64,000 nt of DNA, from the NCBI GenBank assembly GCA_963843575.1, contig CAWJKZ010000019.1, positions 128,001-192,000 of the forward strand, in the 5' to 3' direction. Under the pieces are notes generated by a model, which had not been told where the DNA came from, ran no database searches, and saw only the letters and a list, made by a program, of their open reading frames with translations. This document shows positions 43,413-56,273 of the stretch, one piece after another. Each line of letters starts with the position of its first letter. Positions within the stretch are counted from its first letter, which is position 1. The translations under genes and the position numbers were made by a program. This DNA comes from an uncultured Acidobacteriota bacterium (GTDB lineage Bacteria > Acidobacteriota > UBA6911).

Positions 43413-43682
43413 TTGGCGCTTACGAGAGACAGAATGATTCAGCTGGTGGACGCTTATCGAACCCATGAGACCGACACGGGCTCGCCCGAGGTGCAGATCG
43501 CGATTCTGAGTGAGAAGATCACCTATCTGACCGACCATTTCAAGACTCACGCCAAGGATCACCATTCCCGCAGGGGCCTGTTGAAGATGGTCGGCAAGAG
43601 GCGCCGGCTTCTGGATTACCTCAAAGCCACCGATGTGACCCGCTATCGGACGATCATCGACAGGCTCGGGATCCGGAAATAG
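43413..43682 (+). CDS. rpsO: 30S ribosomal protein S15
   Basis: [10 protein letters not shown] and [23 protein letters not shown]; TTG start after GGAGGA. Confidence 0.98.
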   Translation: MALTRDRMIQLVDAYRTHETDTGSPEVQIAILSEKITYLTDHFKTHAKDHHSRRGLLKMVGKRRRLLDYLKATDVTRYRTIIDRLGIRK

Positions 43683-43696
43683 CTGCAAACCACAGC

Positions 43697-43769
43697 CCCT
43701 CCTGCCCGTGGCGGGAGGGTGTCCCCATCCGATCGGATTCGCCCTCCTCACCCGCGCAATCCGGTTTTT
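43697..43769 (+). terminator. Hairpins downstream of rpsO, the second followed by a T-run
   Basis: ccctcctgcc-cgt-ggcgggaggg, then cggatt...aatccgg-ttttt. Confidence 0.5.
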
Positions 43770-43836
43770 CCAGCCATTGGAGCCTGGAAGTGCCCTGAGA
43801 AGACGTGGGAACGCGAACGTTCCCAAACACAACCGC

Positions 43837-43988
43837 GAACGGCAGGGAGCCTGCAGGGTCTATGAATTATGAGTTATGAGTTAAGGGCTAGTCCGTGAAC
43901 CCCCTCGGACTTCGCCGGATAGCCTTTAACTCAGGGCTCATAATCATAATTCCTGCTTTGCCAGATCCCGCTCGGCACCCGCCCGTTC
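43837..43988 (+). promoter_or_regulatory. Long pnp leader hairpin containing inverted heptamer arrays (candidate RNase III site)
   Basis: Outer arms gaacggcagggagcc / ggcacccgcccgttc; inner tatgaat-tatgagt-tatgagt-taagggcta pairs with tagcctttaactcagggctcataatcataattc. Confidence 0.6.
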
Positions 43989-44010
43989 AGAATAATCCAT
44001 GGAGGATTAC

Positions 44011-46221
<2,211 letters not shown>

Positions 46222-46233
46222 CCAACCTTCTGC

Positions 46234-46275
46234 CGCCCGCAGCCCGCAGCCGTTTTCGGTTGCGGGCCGCGGGCG
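46234..46275. terminator. GC-rich hairpin after pnp built from gcccgca units
   Basis: cgcccgcagcccgcagccg-tttt-cggttgcgggccgcgggcg; no T-tail. Confidence 0.5.
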
Positions 46276-46296
46276 ACAGCCACATCGGGGTCGGCG

Positions 46297-47049
46297 ATGA
46301 ATCGTCAGAACATCCTCGAGTTGCTTGAGCGGGTGAGGGCGGGCGCCGTCAGCCCCTCCGAGGGGGTCGAGCGGCTGCGCAACCTGCCGTACGAAGACCT
46401 CGGCTTTGCGCGCGTCGACCACCACCGCACCCTCAGGCTCGGGTTTCCCGAGGTGATCTTCGGGCTCGGAAAAAAACCCGACCATGTGGTCCGCATCGTC
46501 CGCAGCCTGCTGCCCCAGAAGTGCAACATCCTAGTTACCCGGTGCTCGCCCGAAACCTACGCCCGCCTCCGCCGCTCCGTCCGGAAGGCCCGGTTTCACG
46601 ACGACGCGCAGGCCGCCAGCGTCCTCCAGGACCCCACCGTCTACGGAGACGGCACGATCCACATCGTGTGCGCCGGCACCTCCGACATCCCCGTCGCCGA
46701 GGAGGCTGCCCTCACCGCCGAACTCATGGGCAATGTCGTCGAGCGGACCTTCGACGCCGGCGTCGCCGGCATCCACCGGCTGCTTAGCGCCCGCGAGGCG
46801 CTGGTGCGCGCGCGCGTGGTGATCGTCGTGGCGGGCATGGAAGGCGCGCTCCCCAGCGTCGTCGGCGGTCTGGTCAGCGTCCCGGTCATCGCCGTGCCGA
46901 CCAGCGTCGGGTACGGCAGCGCCTTCGGCGGCATGACGGCCCTCCTGGCCATGCTCAACAGCTGCGCCTCGAACGTCTCGGTCGTCAACATCGACAACGG
47001 CTTCGGCGCCGGCTACGTCGCCAGCCTCATCAACCGCAAGCGCCCCTGA
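46297..47049 (+). CDS. larB: Nickel pincer cofactor biosynthesis protein LarB
   Basis: [50 protein letters not shown] and VNIDNGFGA. Confidence 0.95.
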   Translation: MNRQNILELLERVRAGAVSPSEGVERLRNLPYEDLGFARVDHHRTLRLGFPEVIFGLGKKPDHVVRIVRSLLPQKCNILVTRCSPETYARLRRSVRKARFHDDAQAASVLQDPTVYGDGTIHIVCAGTSDIPVAEEAALTAELMGNVVERTFDAGVAGIHRLLSAREALVRARVVIVVAGMEGALPSVVGGLVSVPVIAVPTSVGYGSAFGGMTALLAMLNSCASNVSVVNIDNGFGAGYVASLINRKRP

Positions 47050-47153
47050 GAGTCCAACAGGAAACCCCGGGCGTGAGTTGTGGGTGCACTGTGGCCTGAG
47101 ACAAAAAGGGCGACAGTCGTGTCAACGTGTCCGTACCGAGGCCAGCCAGCCCT

Positions 47154-47206
47154 GGGTCGGCGCCGAGGCGCCGACCCCAAAGCGGCGTCGAGCCGCCGCA
47201 CTCCAG
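47154..47206. repeat. Repeat family B unit with adjacent hairpin
   Basis: gggtcggcgccgaggcgccgacccc-aaagcggcgtcgagccgccgcactccag. Confidence 0.85.
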
Positions 47207-47276
47207 ACCGCAAATCGGCATTCTTCGGGGCGCGTGAATTTGGTATTATTCCGGCACTCAAATCCAGGCGAGTGGT

Positions 47277-49054
47277 ATGCCCCTGTACTCTGACGGTGTG
47301 CTAGACGAAGTGCGGAATTCCGTCAACATCGTGTCGCTCGTCTCCGAATATGTCGCGCTCAAAAAGCGCGGCCGGAATCACGTCGCCCGGTGCCCTTTCC
47401 ACACCGAGAAGACCCCGTCGTTCAACGTCAACGAAGAAAAGCAGATCTTCATGTGCTTCGGCTGCGGCGTCGGCGGCGACGTCTTCAAATTCGTCATGCA
47501 GGTCGAACACCTGACCTTTCCCGAGTCCGTGCGCTTCATCGCAGAACGCTACGGGGTCGCGCTGCCCCAGACCGCCGCTCCGGCCGAGGACGGCGGGGGC
47601 AGCCGAGCCGCTGCGCAGGGCCATGGCGGAGGCGTGCAGCTTCTTCCACCGCCTGCTGCTCGAATCGGAGGAGGGGCGCCCGGCGCTGAAGTACCTGGAA
47701 GGGAGAGGGGTGACGCGGGCAACGATCGACCGCTTCGCCCTGGGTTACTCGCCGGCCGACGGCAATGGGCTCACCCAGGGCCTGTCGAAGCTCGGCATCG
47801 ATGCGGCCTTGCTCGAGCAGTGCGGCCTCACCAAGCGCTCCGAGGACGGGAAACGCCTCTACGATGTGTTTCGGGGGAGGGTCATGTTCCCCATCACCGA
47901 CGTGCGCGGCAGGGTGATCGCCTTCGGCGGCCGGGCCATGGGTGACAGGCAACCGAAGTATTTGAATTCCCCGGAGACGAGGCTCTATAATAAAAGTCGC
48001 AACCTTTTCGGCTTGTATTTCTCCCGGGAGGGAATCAAGCGTCTGGACTTCGCCGTGCTGGTCGAAGGCTACATGGATTTCGTGGTGCCCTTTCCAGCAC
48101 GGGATCGAGAACCTGGTTGCTTCGCTGGGAACGAGTCTGACTCCCCAACAGGTCCAACTGCTCGGTCGGTACACTCGCGAGGTCGTGGTGAGTTACGACC
48201 CTGATTCTGCGGGCCTTGCCGCGACGCAGAGGTCGCTCGATCTTTTTTTGGAGGAGGATTTTCGAGTCAGGGTACTTCGCCTGCCTGACGGTCAGGATCC
48301 CGACGCCTTTATAAGGAAGACAGGGGCGGCCGAATACCGGGACCGATTGCGCGCGTCCACACCCTACCTGGACTTCGTGCTCGATGCGGCAATTCACAGC
48401 CAGGGCAGTCTGGATAACCCCAGGAATAAAATACAGGTCATAAATGCGGTTCTGCCGTACCTGGCCAAGTTGCCGAACGCTGTGGAGCGATCCGACTACG
48501 TATTCCGGTTCGCCCGCAGACTGCGCATCGAGGACCAGCAGTTGCTGGCGGAAGTGAAGCGTGCCGCCCAGCAGAAACGAACCCGGCTTACCGAGGCCCC
48601 GCTGGCGTCCCTCGGGGCCATGAAGTTCGCGGAAAAGCGACTCCTCCAGGTGCTGCTGGGCAATACGTGCGCTCCAGTCGGAGATCCTGCCACTGTGCTC
48701 CGAGCGGGTTTTCGACGGGTTGGCGACCGAGAAGATTTTCGCCGTGATCACTGGAGGAGCTCCGCAGCAGCCGGATTTGCACGTTCGACCTTCTACAGAG
48801 CCGCTTCGCGGGTCAGCCCGAGCAGGCGCTCGCCGCGCAGCTGCAGATGGAGGAAGTCCCGGAGGACCTGTCGCGCGACGCCGCGGAGAGCTGCTACAGC
48901 GCGCTGCTCGCGCTCCGGCTCGCGCACGACAAGCAGGAGATCCTCAGCCAAGATCGACGACGCGGTGCAGCGCAAGGACGACGAGATGCTCAACCGCCTC
49001 ATCGAGCAGCGCGTGCTCGTCGATCGCGAACTGGTCAGCCTGTCCAGGAAATAG
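47277..49054 (+). CDS. dnaG: DNA primase, several frameshifts (likely sequencing errors)
   Basis: [11 protein letters not shown] and CFGCG zinc finger, [30 protein letters not shown] and GQDPD. Confidence 0.95.
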
Positions 49055-49074
49055 CAGGAAAGGAGACATCGGTT

Positions 49075-50766
49075 TTGTCTATCGAAGAAAAGTACGATGA
49101 AGTGAAAGAGCTGATCCTCATGGGGAAAGAGCGGGGATACCTGCTCTACGACGAGGTCAACGACCTCCTCCCCGAGGGGATCTGCTCTTCGGACGAGCTC
49201 GACAGCATCTTCTCTCTTTTCGGCTCCGCCGGCATCGAGGTCATCGATTCCGAGCAGAAGTTCCAGGACGAGGGGAAGAAAGACGAAAAGGGTGCCGACG
49301 CCGGCGAGGAAGGCGAGTTCGACTTCGGGGCGATCACGCTGGACAAGACCAACGACCCCGTCCGTATGTACCTGCGCGAGATGGGGACTGTTCCGCTGCT
49401 CAGCCGGGATGGCGAGGTGGAGATCGCCAAGCGGATCGAGCACGGGCAGAAGGTCGTCCTGAAGGCGCTCTCCCGTTCCCCTCTGGTCGTCCAGGAGATC
49501 CTGATCCTCGGCGACAAGCTAAAAAAGGGCCTCGCCAGCATCCGCGACGTCGTCTCGTTCACCGAGGACGAGATCACCGAGGAGCGTCTGGAAGAGAAGA
49601 AGGCCGCGGTCCTGGATATCATCGAGAGCATCCGGAAGGACGAGCGCACCGCCGACCGGATCGAAGGGAAGTTCACGGGGTTGCGCAAGGCGTCCCTGCA
49701 GCACAAGAAGCTGGCCCTGAAGCTCGCCCGCTTCCGGGTGCACATCATCCAGAAGGTCCGGGCGCTTGAACTCAACTCCCCACAGCACGACCATCTCGTG
49801 CAGGTCATCAAGAAGACCGTCGACGACGTGCTCGAGGTCGAACGCGAGAGGTCGAAGCTCAAGAAGAGCCTTGAGACCCCCAGACGGCTCGAGGACGCCA
49901 AGTCGATCAAGAAGCGGATCAAGTTCCTCGAGGCCCGCATCCGTGAAATCGAGAGCACGGCGTCCGCCGGGGTCACCGATCTGAAGCGCACCCTCGCCAC
50001 CATCAAGTCCGGCGAGCTCGAGGCCGACATCGCCAAGAAGGAACTCGTCGAGGCCAACCTCCGCCTCGTCGTCTCTATCGCGAAGAAGTACACCAACCGC
50101 GGCTTGCAGTTCCTGGACCTGATCCAGGAGGGGAACATCGGACTCATGAAGGCGGTCGACAAGTTCGAGTATCGCCGCGGGTACAAGTTTTCCACCTATG
50201 CCACCTGGTGGATCCGCCAGGCCATCACCCGCGCCATCGCCGATCAGGCCCGCACCATCCGCATCCCCGTCCACATGATCGAGACCATCAACAAGCTGAT
50301 CCGCACCTCCCGCAGCCTGGTCCAGGAGTACGGCCGGGAACCCACCAGCGAGGAAATCGCCAAGAAGATGGATTTCCCGGTGAGCAAGGTGCGCAAGATC
50401 CTCAAGATCGCCCAGGAACCGATCAGCCTCGAAACGCCCATCGGTGAGGAGGAGGACAGCCACCTCGGCGACTTCATCGAGGACCGCGGCGTCATTTCGC
50501 CGGCCGAGGCGGTCATCAACATCAATCTCAAAGAACAGACGGAATCGGTCCTGAAGACGCTCACGCCACGCGAGGAACAGGTCATCAAGATGCGGTTCGG
50601 ACTCGGCGACGGCAGCGAGCACACGCTCGAGGAGGTCGGGCAGCGCTTCTCGGTCACCCGGGAGCGCATCCGCCAGATCGAGGCCAAGGCCCTGCGCAAG
50701 CTGCGTCACCCCTCGCGCAGCCGCATGCTGAAGGCGTTCCTGGAAGGCGCCGCCGTCAGAGACTAG
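49075..50766 (+). CDS. rpoD: RNA polymerase primary sigma factor
   Basis: [41 protein letters not shown] and [17 protein letters not shown]; TTG start after AGGAG. Confidence 0.99.
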   Translation: MSIEEKYDEVKELILMGKERGYLLYDEVNDLLPEGICSSDELDSIFSLFGSAGIEVIDSEQKFQDEGKKDEKGADAGEEGEFDFGAITLDKTNDPVRMYLREMGTVPLLSRDGEVEIAKRIEHGQKVVLKALSRSPLVVQEILILGDKLKKGLASIRDVVSFTEDEITEERLEEKKAAVLDIIESIRKDERTADRIEGKFTGLRKASLQHKKLALKLARFRVHIIQKVRALELNSPQHDHLVQVIKKTVDDVLEVERERSKLKKSLETPRRLEDAKSIKKRIKFLEARIREIESTASAGVTDLKRTLATIKSGELEADIAKKELVEANLRLVVSIAKKYTNRGLQFLDLIQEGNIGLMKAVDKFEYRRGYKFSTYATWWIRQAITRAIADQARTIRIPVHMIETINKLIRTSRSLVQEYGREPTSEEIAKKMDFPVSKVRKILKIAQEPISLETPIGEEEDSHLGDFIEDRGVISPAEAVININLKEQTESVLKTLTPREEQVIKMRFGLGDGSEHTLEEVGQRFSVTRERIRQIEAKALRKLRHPSRSRMLKAFLEGAAVRD

Positions 50767-50784
50767 GTGGTGCTACAACGTACT

Positions 50785-50846
50785 GTGGCGGCGCCGAGGC
50801 GCCGCCACCAAAGCGGCGTCGAGCCCGTCGAGCCGCCGCACTCCAC
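50785..50846. repeat. Repeat family B unit with an internal 9-bp duplication
   Basis: gtggcggcgccgaggcgccgccac-caaagcgg-cgtcgagcc-cgtcgagcc-gccgcactcca. Confidence 0.85.
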
Positions 50847-50868
50847 AACGAAGCAAAGCGGAAGTCCT

Positions 50869-50898
50869 TTGACAAACAACCCCGGTCTACACTAGCCT
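50869..50898 (+). promoter_or_regulatory. Candidate sigma70 promoter for the ECF sigma/CHAT operon
   Basis: TTGACA-18 nt-TAGCCT. Confidence 0.45.
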
Positions 50899-51006
50899 GA
50901 TTTCCGTCGCGAAGAAAAGCAAGCGGGCCCGTCCCCAGCCGTCGTCCAGGGTGGCCCCACTTGGCTTTTTTTCCTGTAGAAACCAGCCTGGTGAACCGGA
51001 CCTGTC

Positions 51007-51705
51007 GTGGCGACTGATCCTGCGCAACTCGAGTCGGTGGAACTGCTGTTCTCGTGCGCCGAGAACAGGGACGATACCGAGCTCTGGTCGGAATTCCTCC
51101 GGCGCTTCGCACCAAAAATCAAGATCTTCATTCGAGGGACGATCCGGCAGGAAGGCAACCGGTCGTGTTCAGGCACTGCCGGGTTGCCGGACGAGGTGCA
51201 GGGAAGCGACCTGTTCCAGAACACGATCGTCCGGCTCATAGAGAACGACTGCGCCGCGATTAAGCGGTTTTCGGGCGATACGGAATCCGAGCTGCTGGCC
51301 TATCTGGCCGTCATCACCCGTTCCGTGGTCCGGGACTACCTGCGCTGGACCCGGGCGCTGAAACGCGTCCCCGTATCCAGCACCACGACGACGGATGCCG
51401 ACAACACGGCCCGATTTCTGCAGGGCCCGGCCGCACCCGGTCCCGCCATCGAACGCGGCATTCTGATCCGCGAGCTGAACGAAATCAGCGTCGACGCCAT
51501 AAGAAACAACTCCGGCCCATACTCGGCGCGCGACCTGATGATCTTCAAGCTCTACTTCGACCGGGACCTGTCGATCGCCCAGATCGCCGGTTGCAAGGGC
51601 CTCAAGCTGTCCAAGACGGGAGTCGAGAAGGTGCTCAATCGCCTGAAAAACAGGATCCGGAGCGTCGCAGCGAGCTCGGCAGCTGGAGCGGTGGAACTTC
51701 GATGA
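51007..51705 (+). CDS. ECF-type sigma-70 factor
   Basis: Region 2: WSEFLRRF, DLFQNTIVRL, AYLAVITRSVVRDYLR. Region 4: IFKLYFDRDLSIAQIA...VEKVLNRLKNRIR. No regions 1.1 or 3. Confidence 0.82.
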   Translation: MATDPAQLESVELLFSCAENRDDTELWSEFLRRFAPKIKIFIRGTIRQEGNRSCSGTAGLPDEVQGSDLFQNTIVRLIENDCAAIKRFSGDTESELLAYLAVITRSVVRDYLRWTRALKRVPVSSTTTTDADNTARFLQGPAAPGPAIERGILIRELNEISVDAIRNNSGPYSARDLMIFKLYFDRDLSIAQIAGCKGLKLSKTGVEKVLNRLKNRIRSVAASSAAGAVELR

Positions 51706-54700
51706 CATCCAAAGCCAGGACAACCGACAGCGCCTGCCTCGACGACAACGATCTCTACGGCTACGTGACCGGGTCCCCAGGGACGCGGCCGGCCGAGGAG
51801 CTCGAATTGCACCTCGCGAGCTGCGCGGTGTGCCGCGAAGAGTTGGCCGGGCTGCTCGAACTGCTTCACCCGGAAGCCGACGACGCGCCCGAGGCGGAGC
51901 CCGGCTGCCCTTCTCAAGAAATGCGGAACACCCTCGAGCTCATCCGCCAGACCTCGGGGCCACGGGCCGGAAACAGTTCCGGGCGCCGCTGGTATCAGTG
52001 GGGCGCTGCCGCCGCTGCTGCCGTGTTCGTCCTCGGCGTTCTGGCCCTGGCCGCACTTCGCCTGTACGAGGGCGCGAAGGCCGGGGCGCTCTCGGCCCAG
52101 GCGCGCGCGGCCCTGCAACACGCCTACGCGCCCCGGAGCCCGAACGACCTCCGGCTCGATCTTCCCTTCGCGTCCGACGAGTCGCAGCGAAGCCCCGAGC
52201 CCGCCGGCAGCCTGGAAAGCGCCGAGGCGTTCTACCACGGGGCTCTGGGTGTCAGGGATGGCCTGCGGGAACCCCTCCTCGGCCTGGGATACATCTACCT
52301 GCGGCAAAACCGAACCCCCCAGGCCCTCGAGCAGTTTCAACGCATACTCGACTCGAGCGCCGCTGACATCCAGGCGTTGCTGGGCCGCGGGGTTGCGCGG
52401 TACGAGAGCGCCATGGCCGCCACCGATCCGACCGAGCGGAGCGGCGCCCTGGACGCCGCGCTGGGCGACTTCGACGCCGTACTCGCGCTCAAGCCGGATT
52501 CGCACGAGGCTTCGTTCAATAAGGCCCGCACGTTGTTCGAGCTGGGGCGCCACCAGCAGGCCGTACGCGAGATCGAGTCGTACCTCGGCCGGGACCCCGA
52601 CTCCATCTGGGGCAAGAAACTCCAGGAACTCAAAACCCGGATCCTCATGAACCGCTCGGAGCTGTTGGACCGCGAGGTCCAGCGCGCCGCGAGGGCCAGG
52701 GACGCACCCGCGCTGGAGCGCCTCGCCCGCATCGTCCCCGAGAAAATCCCTCCAATAATCCGCAGCCTCCTCCTCGAATCGCTGACCGTCGCAGACAATA
52801 CCGATCCATCCGGCCTGTCGTGGGCCGCCGGCGTCCTGGAAGCGTCGCGCCGCGCCGCCACGGGCGACGCCAGCGGCGCCGTGCTGTTGAAACAGTACCG
52901 CAGTTTTTCCCAATCCCAGCGCCGTGCCCGGCGCGAGCTGAACGCGCGCCTCGAACGACTCATCGCGTCGTTTTCCGGCGGGGGCATGCTGCCGGCCCTG
53001 AAAGGAAGCGACGGACTCGCCGTCGCGCTGGAGCGGTGGCGGGACCACTGGCAACTGGTCCGACTGTACCAGTTGCGGGGCACCGCGCGGTTTTATGGCC
53101 TCTCCGATTTCGCCGGCGCCACCGCCGAGTACCGGAAGATGCTGCGCTGCGCCGAGCTGTCCACCGATCCTGACCTGGTCGCGCGCTCGCTGGCCGCGTT
53201 GAGTTCGTCCTACGGCGAGGAGGCCCGCTACGACGAAGCCCTGACCGCGCTTTCCCGCCTCAAACAAGTCGCGCGTAACTCCGGGCTGCGCTCGTGGACG
53301 CTTTTTGCGTGCAACTCCCTCGGGGCCGTCTATCTGAAGCTCAACCAGCTGCAGGAGAGCCTGCGGGAGTACTCGTCCGCCCTCACCCAGGCGTACCGGG
53401 CGATGGATCACGAGTCTCTCGTCCTCGCGCTCGAGAACCTCGGGGTCGTCATGGAACGGCTGGACCGGTATCCGGAGGCGCGCCGGTTCTACGCCGAGGC
53501 CGGCCGCATGCAGGCCTCCCTGCTGTCGGACGGCATCCTGCAACCGACGCCGGACACGGAGGCGCGCCGACGCAACCTGCTGGCCAAGGAGGGATCGCTC
53601 GCCCTCCGGTTGAAGGACTTCCCCGTAGCCCGGGCCCGTTTCGAGGAGTCGCTGCCGCATCCACCCACGGGCGTGACGGAGTTGGAGGCCAGAGACCGTA
53701 TCGGCCTTGCCCAGGTGTGCATCGAGGAGGGGAAGCTCTCCGAGGCGGAGGGCGAGGTGAGACGAGTCCTGGAGATCGCCTCGGCCAACGCGCTCCCGGA
53801 GGCAACCTGGCAGGCCCACAGTCTGGCCGGCTTTATTCGGGGACGCGCGGGAGACGACGAGGAGGCGCTTCGGCACTTCGATGCCGCCACCCAGGTCCTG
53901 GAACGGATGAGAACGCGGATCTCCTCGCCCGACCAGCAACGGTCTTTCCTGGCCCCGCGTTTCGATCCGTACCGCGAGCCGATTCCCTTGCTGTTCCGCC
54001 TGCACAAGGCGCCGGACGAAATCCTCGCCGCCGTCGATCGGGCCAAGTCGATGACCCTGCGGGAGTCGTTGCGTTCGCGTTCCGGCGCGCCGGATGTCGC
54101 GGGCTCGTCCTGGGCTTCCGGCCCGGCCGCTGCTCGACTGCCGCCCGGCACCGCCGTCGTGGACTATTTCCTCTGCTCCGATCAGGTCTTTGCGTTTGTT
54201 TCGGGCGAGCGTGGGAGCGACGCCGTCCGCCTCGGCGTGGCGCCGGATGAGCTTGAAGCCTCCGCCTCCGAGTACGTCGAGAGCATCCGGACCGGCAATT
54301 ACGAATCGTTCTCGAGCCTGTCTCGAACTCTCCACGAGGCCCTGATCGATCCCATCCTGCCGGCGATCGCGGAGCCGTCGGTGCGCGCCCTGATCATCCT
54401 GCCGGACGGCCCGCTCCACCTCGTGCCGTTCGCCGGCCTCACGGACCCCGCTGGACGCTGCCTGCTCGAGCGGTATGCGCTGTCGTTCGCGCCTTCCCGA
54501 AGCGTCCTCAGCCACTGCCTGGCGGCCGGCAAGGCCGGAGGCTTCACGCGGAGCTCGACGGTGCTGCTGATGGACGGCAGCGCCAATCTCCCGGGGTCGG
54601 CGCGCGAGCTGGGTCGCATCGGTGCGCTGTTTGAGCGAAACAGCCGGATGGCGACCTTCGCCGACCTTGGGGCCCTGGACTCCTCCCTTGGGACGTTTGA

Positions 54701-55133
54701 GATCATTCACTTCTCCGGGCACGCGGAGATGCGCGGCGGCAAACCCGCGCTGGTGTTCGGATCGCGCCCGCGCGAGGCGTACCTGGAAGGTCCGTCGATC
54801 CAGGGGTGGAGGCTGACCCGGAACCGGCTGGTTACCCTGGCAGGCTGCGATACCGGGCTGGGACCCATATCCGGCGGCGAGATGCCCTGGGGCCTTGTCC
54901 CGGCATTTCTGAGCGCCGGCGCCCCCGCCGTCCTGGCCACCGTTCTTCCTGCCGAAGATGCCGACACGTTCCGGCTCACGGCGCGCTTCTACGAGCTGCT
55001 GGCGCGAGGCGGCATCTCGAAAGCGGGTGCATTGCGGGAAGCACAGCTGAACGTTGTTCGCTCCACTCCCGGCCCGTGGCCCGGCCGCCCGATCGCCTGG
55101 GCACCCTTCGTCCTGGTGGGTGACCCCAGATAG
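51702..55133 (+). CDS. zf-HC2 anti-sigma domain - TM helix - TPR array - CHAT (caspase-like) protease
   Basis: ATGA overlap with the sigma gene; HLASCAVC; TM WGAAAAAAVFVLGVLALAAL; TPR repeats; ILPDGPLHLVPFAGL, IIHFSGHA, LVTLAGCDTG, AFLSAGA, ALREAQL and WAPFVLVG. Confidence 0.9.
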   Translation: MTSKARTTDSACLDDNDLYGYVTGSPGTRPAEELELHLASCAVCREELAGLLELLHPEADDAPEAEPGCPSQEMRNTLELIRQTSGPRAGNSSGRRWYQWGAAAAAAVFVLGVLALAALRLYEGAKAGALSAQARAALQHAYAPRSPNDLRLDLPFASDESQRSPEPAGSLESAEAFYHGALGVRDGLREPLLGLGYIYLRQNRTPQALEQFQRILDSSAADIQALLGRGVARYESAMAATDPTERSGALDAALGDFDAVLALKPDSHEASFNKARTLFELGRHQQAVREIESYLGRDPDSIWGKKLQELKTRILMNRSELLDREVQRAARARDAPALERLARIVPEKIPPIIRSLLLESLTVADNTDPSGLSWAAGVLEASRRAATGDASGAVLLKQYRSFSQSQRRARRELNARLERLIASFSGGGMLPALKGSDGLAVALERWRDHWQLVRLYQLRGTARFYGLSDFAGATAEYRKMLRCAELSTDPDLVARSLAALSSSYGEEARYDEALTALSRLKQVARNSGLRSWTLFACNSLGAVYLKLNQLQESLREYSSALTQAYRAMDHESLVLALENLGVVMERLDRYPEARRFYAEAGRMQASLLSDGILQPTPDTEARRRNLLAKEGSLALRLKDFPVARARFEESLPHPPTGVTELEARDRIGLAQVCIEEGKLSEAEGEVRRVLEIASANALPEATWQAHSLAGFIRGRAGDDEEALRHFDAATQVLERMRTRISSPDQQRSFLAPRFDPYREPIPLLFRLHKAPDEILAAVDRAKSMTLRESLRSRSGAPDVAGSSWASGPAAARLPPGTAVVDYFLCSDQVFAFVSGERGSDAVRLGVAPDELEASASEYVESIRTGNYESFSSLSRTLHEALIDPILPAIAEPSVRALIILPDGPLHLVPFAGLTDPAGRCLLERYALSFAPSRSVLSHCLAAGKAGGFTRSSTVLLMDGSANLPGSARELGRIGALFERNSRMATFADLGALDSSLGTFEIIHFSGHAEMRGGKPALVFGSRPREAYLEGPSIQGWRLTRNRLVTLAGCDTGLGPISGGEMPWGLVPAFLSAGAPAVLATVLPAEDADTFRLTARFYELLARGGISKAGALREAQLNVVRSTPGPWPGRPIAWAPFVLVGDPR

Positions 55134-55173
55134 CCGCATTTTCCCCGGCCAGTTCTCACCTTAATTCAAATCT

Positions 55174-55206
55174 CCGGTAGGCGAAACGCCCTGGTTTTCG
55201 TTCTTG
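55174..55206 (+). promoter_or_regulatory. ECF-like promoter motif, copy 1
   Basis: CCGGT-AGGCGAA-N13-CGTTCTTG, same spacing as the copy at 56998-57030 on the minus strand. Confidence 0.6.
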
Positions 55207-55326
55207 ATAGATGTAGGCCAAATGAATGGCCACGAGACGGCACCGGGATGTCTGGCCGGCGCCGATGACACTACCTTCCCGGCACGGAGACGACTCCGCT
55301 GCCGGGATCTTCCCCGGGAGTCCGAT

Positions 55327-55839
55327 ATGCGTAGTCCCAAGTCCCTGCTTCTGCTGGCCCTGTTCGTCGTCCTGATCCCAGTCGCGCTGTCGGCGCAAGA
55401 CAATCCGCCGCCGAAGTGCTGCCCGCGTGCGCCCGAGCCGATCACCACCCCCACCGAAGGGACTCCGGTCCAGCCACCGGTGCAGGGCGAGCTCGTCGTT
55501 CCGCGGGCCGTCCTGCACCGCCAGGGGATCACCCCGGCCGAATTCATCGATCGTCTGTCCGACGGTATTTTGCCGGGAAGGCGGATCACGATCGTGACCT
55601 TCTCTGAAAATGTGATCGACCTGGCGGACGAGAGTGCCCGGCCGGCAGCCGCAGCGGATGACGAGGGGCTGATTGCGGTGCGTGAGACGCGTGTGTTCCG
55701 GCAACCTCGCGCCCGGTTCACGCCCCAACAACTGGACCAGTTGAACCTGCTCTGGATCACCGACGGTGAAATCTACCTGAAGGTCACCTTTGTCGACAGC
55801 GCGTCGCCGGTAGACCTGCTCTCGATTCAGCGGCCGTAA
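55327..55839 (+). CDS. Hypothetical secreted protein (170 aa)
   Basis: GGGAG RBS; signal peptide MRSPKSLLLLALFVVLIPVALSA-Q; Pro-rich N-terminus with CC. Confidence 0.75.
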   Translation: MRSPKSLLLLALFVVLIPVALSAQDNPPPKCCPRAPEPITTPTEGTPVQPPVQGELVVPRAVLHRQGITPAEFIDRLSDGILPGRRITIVTFSENVIDLADESARPAAAADDEGLIAVRETRVFRQPRARFTPQQLDQLNLLWITDGEIYLKVTFVDSASPVDLLSIQRP

Positions 55840-55863
55840 TGCCAGGAGGCGGATGGAAAACGT

Positions 55864-56079
55864 ATGCATGAACCCGAGCCCTCAGCGTGTGTGCAGATAG
55901 CCCTCGACTTGATCTGTTACGAGATGCACTGCGGCAGGTTGAGCCAGGAGATGATCGAAATTCTGGAGGAGCATGCTGCGGATTGCCCGTTCTGCAGCCG
56001 GCACATCAGGCAGTTCAAGGAGATGGTCCGCTCGGGCGAGTATGACACCTCCGGCTGGCGGGGCCATTCCATCCAGTGA
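55864..56079 (+). CDS. Small stand-alone zf-HC2 (zinc anti-sigma-like) protein
   Basis: AGGAGG upstream; C..ALDLI...GRLS...LEEHAADCPFC (HxxxCxxC); no TM segment. Confidence 0.7.
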   Translation: MHEPEPSACVQIALDLICYEMHCGRLSQEMIEILEEHAADCPFCSRHIRQFKEMVRSGEYDTSGWRGHSIQ

Positions 56080-56273
56080 AGTGGAGTGGTTCCGTCAGCC
56101 GGAGGTCCATACGCGGCTGACGGAAGAAATCGAAGGGCAGGGGAAGGAACAAGCCTGGCTCTTCGAGATTCAACGAGTTCCTGGAGCCTGGAGGTGAGTT
56201 CATCGACTCACCTCCAAGGCCCCGGGTGTCTCAAAGAGCGCGCAGCCCGCCTGGAGGCTTCGGCCACGCCGCA

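Noticed and set aside
46297-47049. Complete lactate racemase (lar) operon
   Set aside because: Only larB is present; dispersed larB/C/E genes are common.
47277-49054. Programmed frameshifting or true pseudogenisation of dnaG
   Set aside because: Several scattered shifts in an essential gene, mirrored across many genes, fit sequencing error better.
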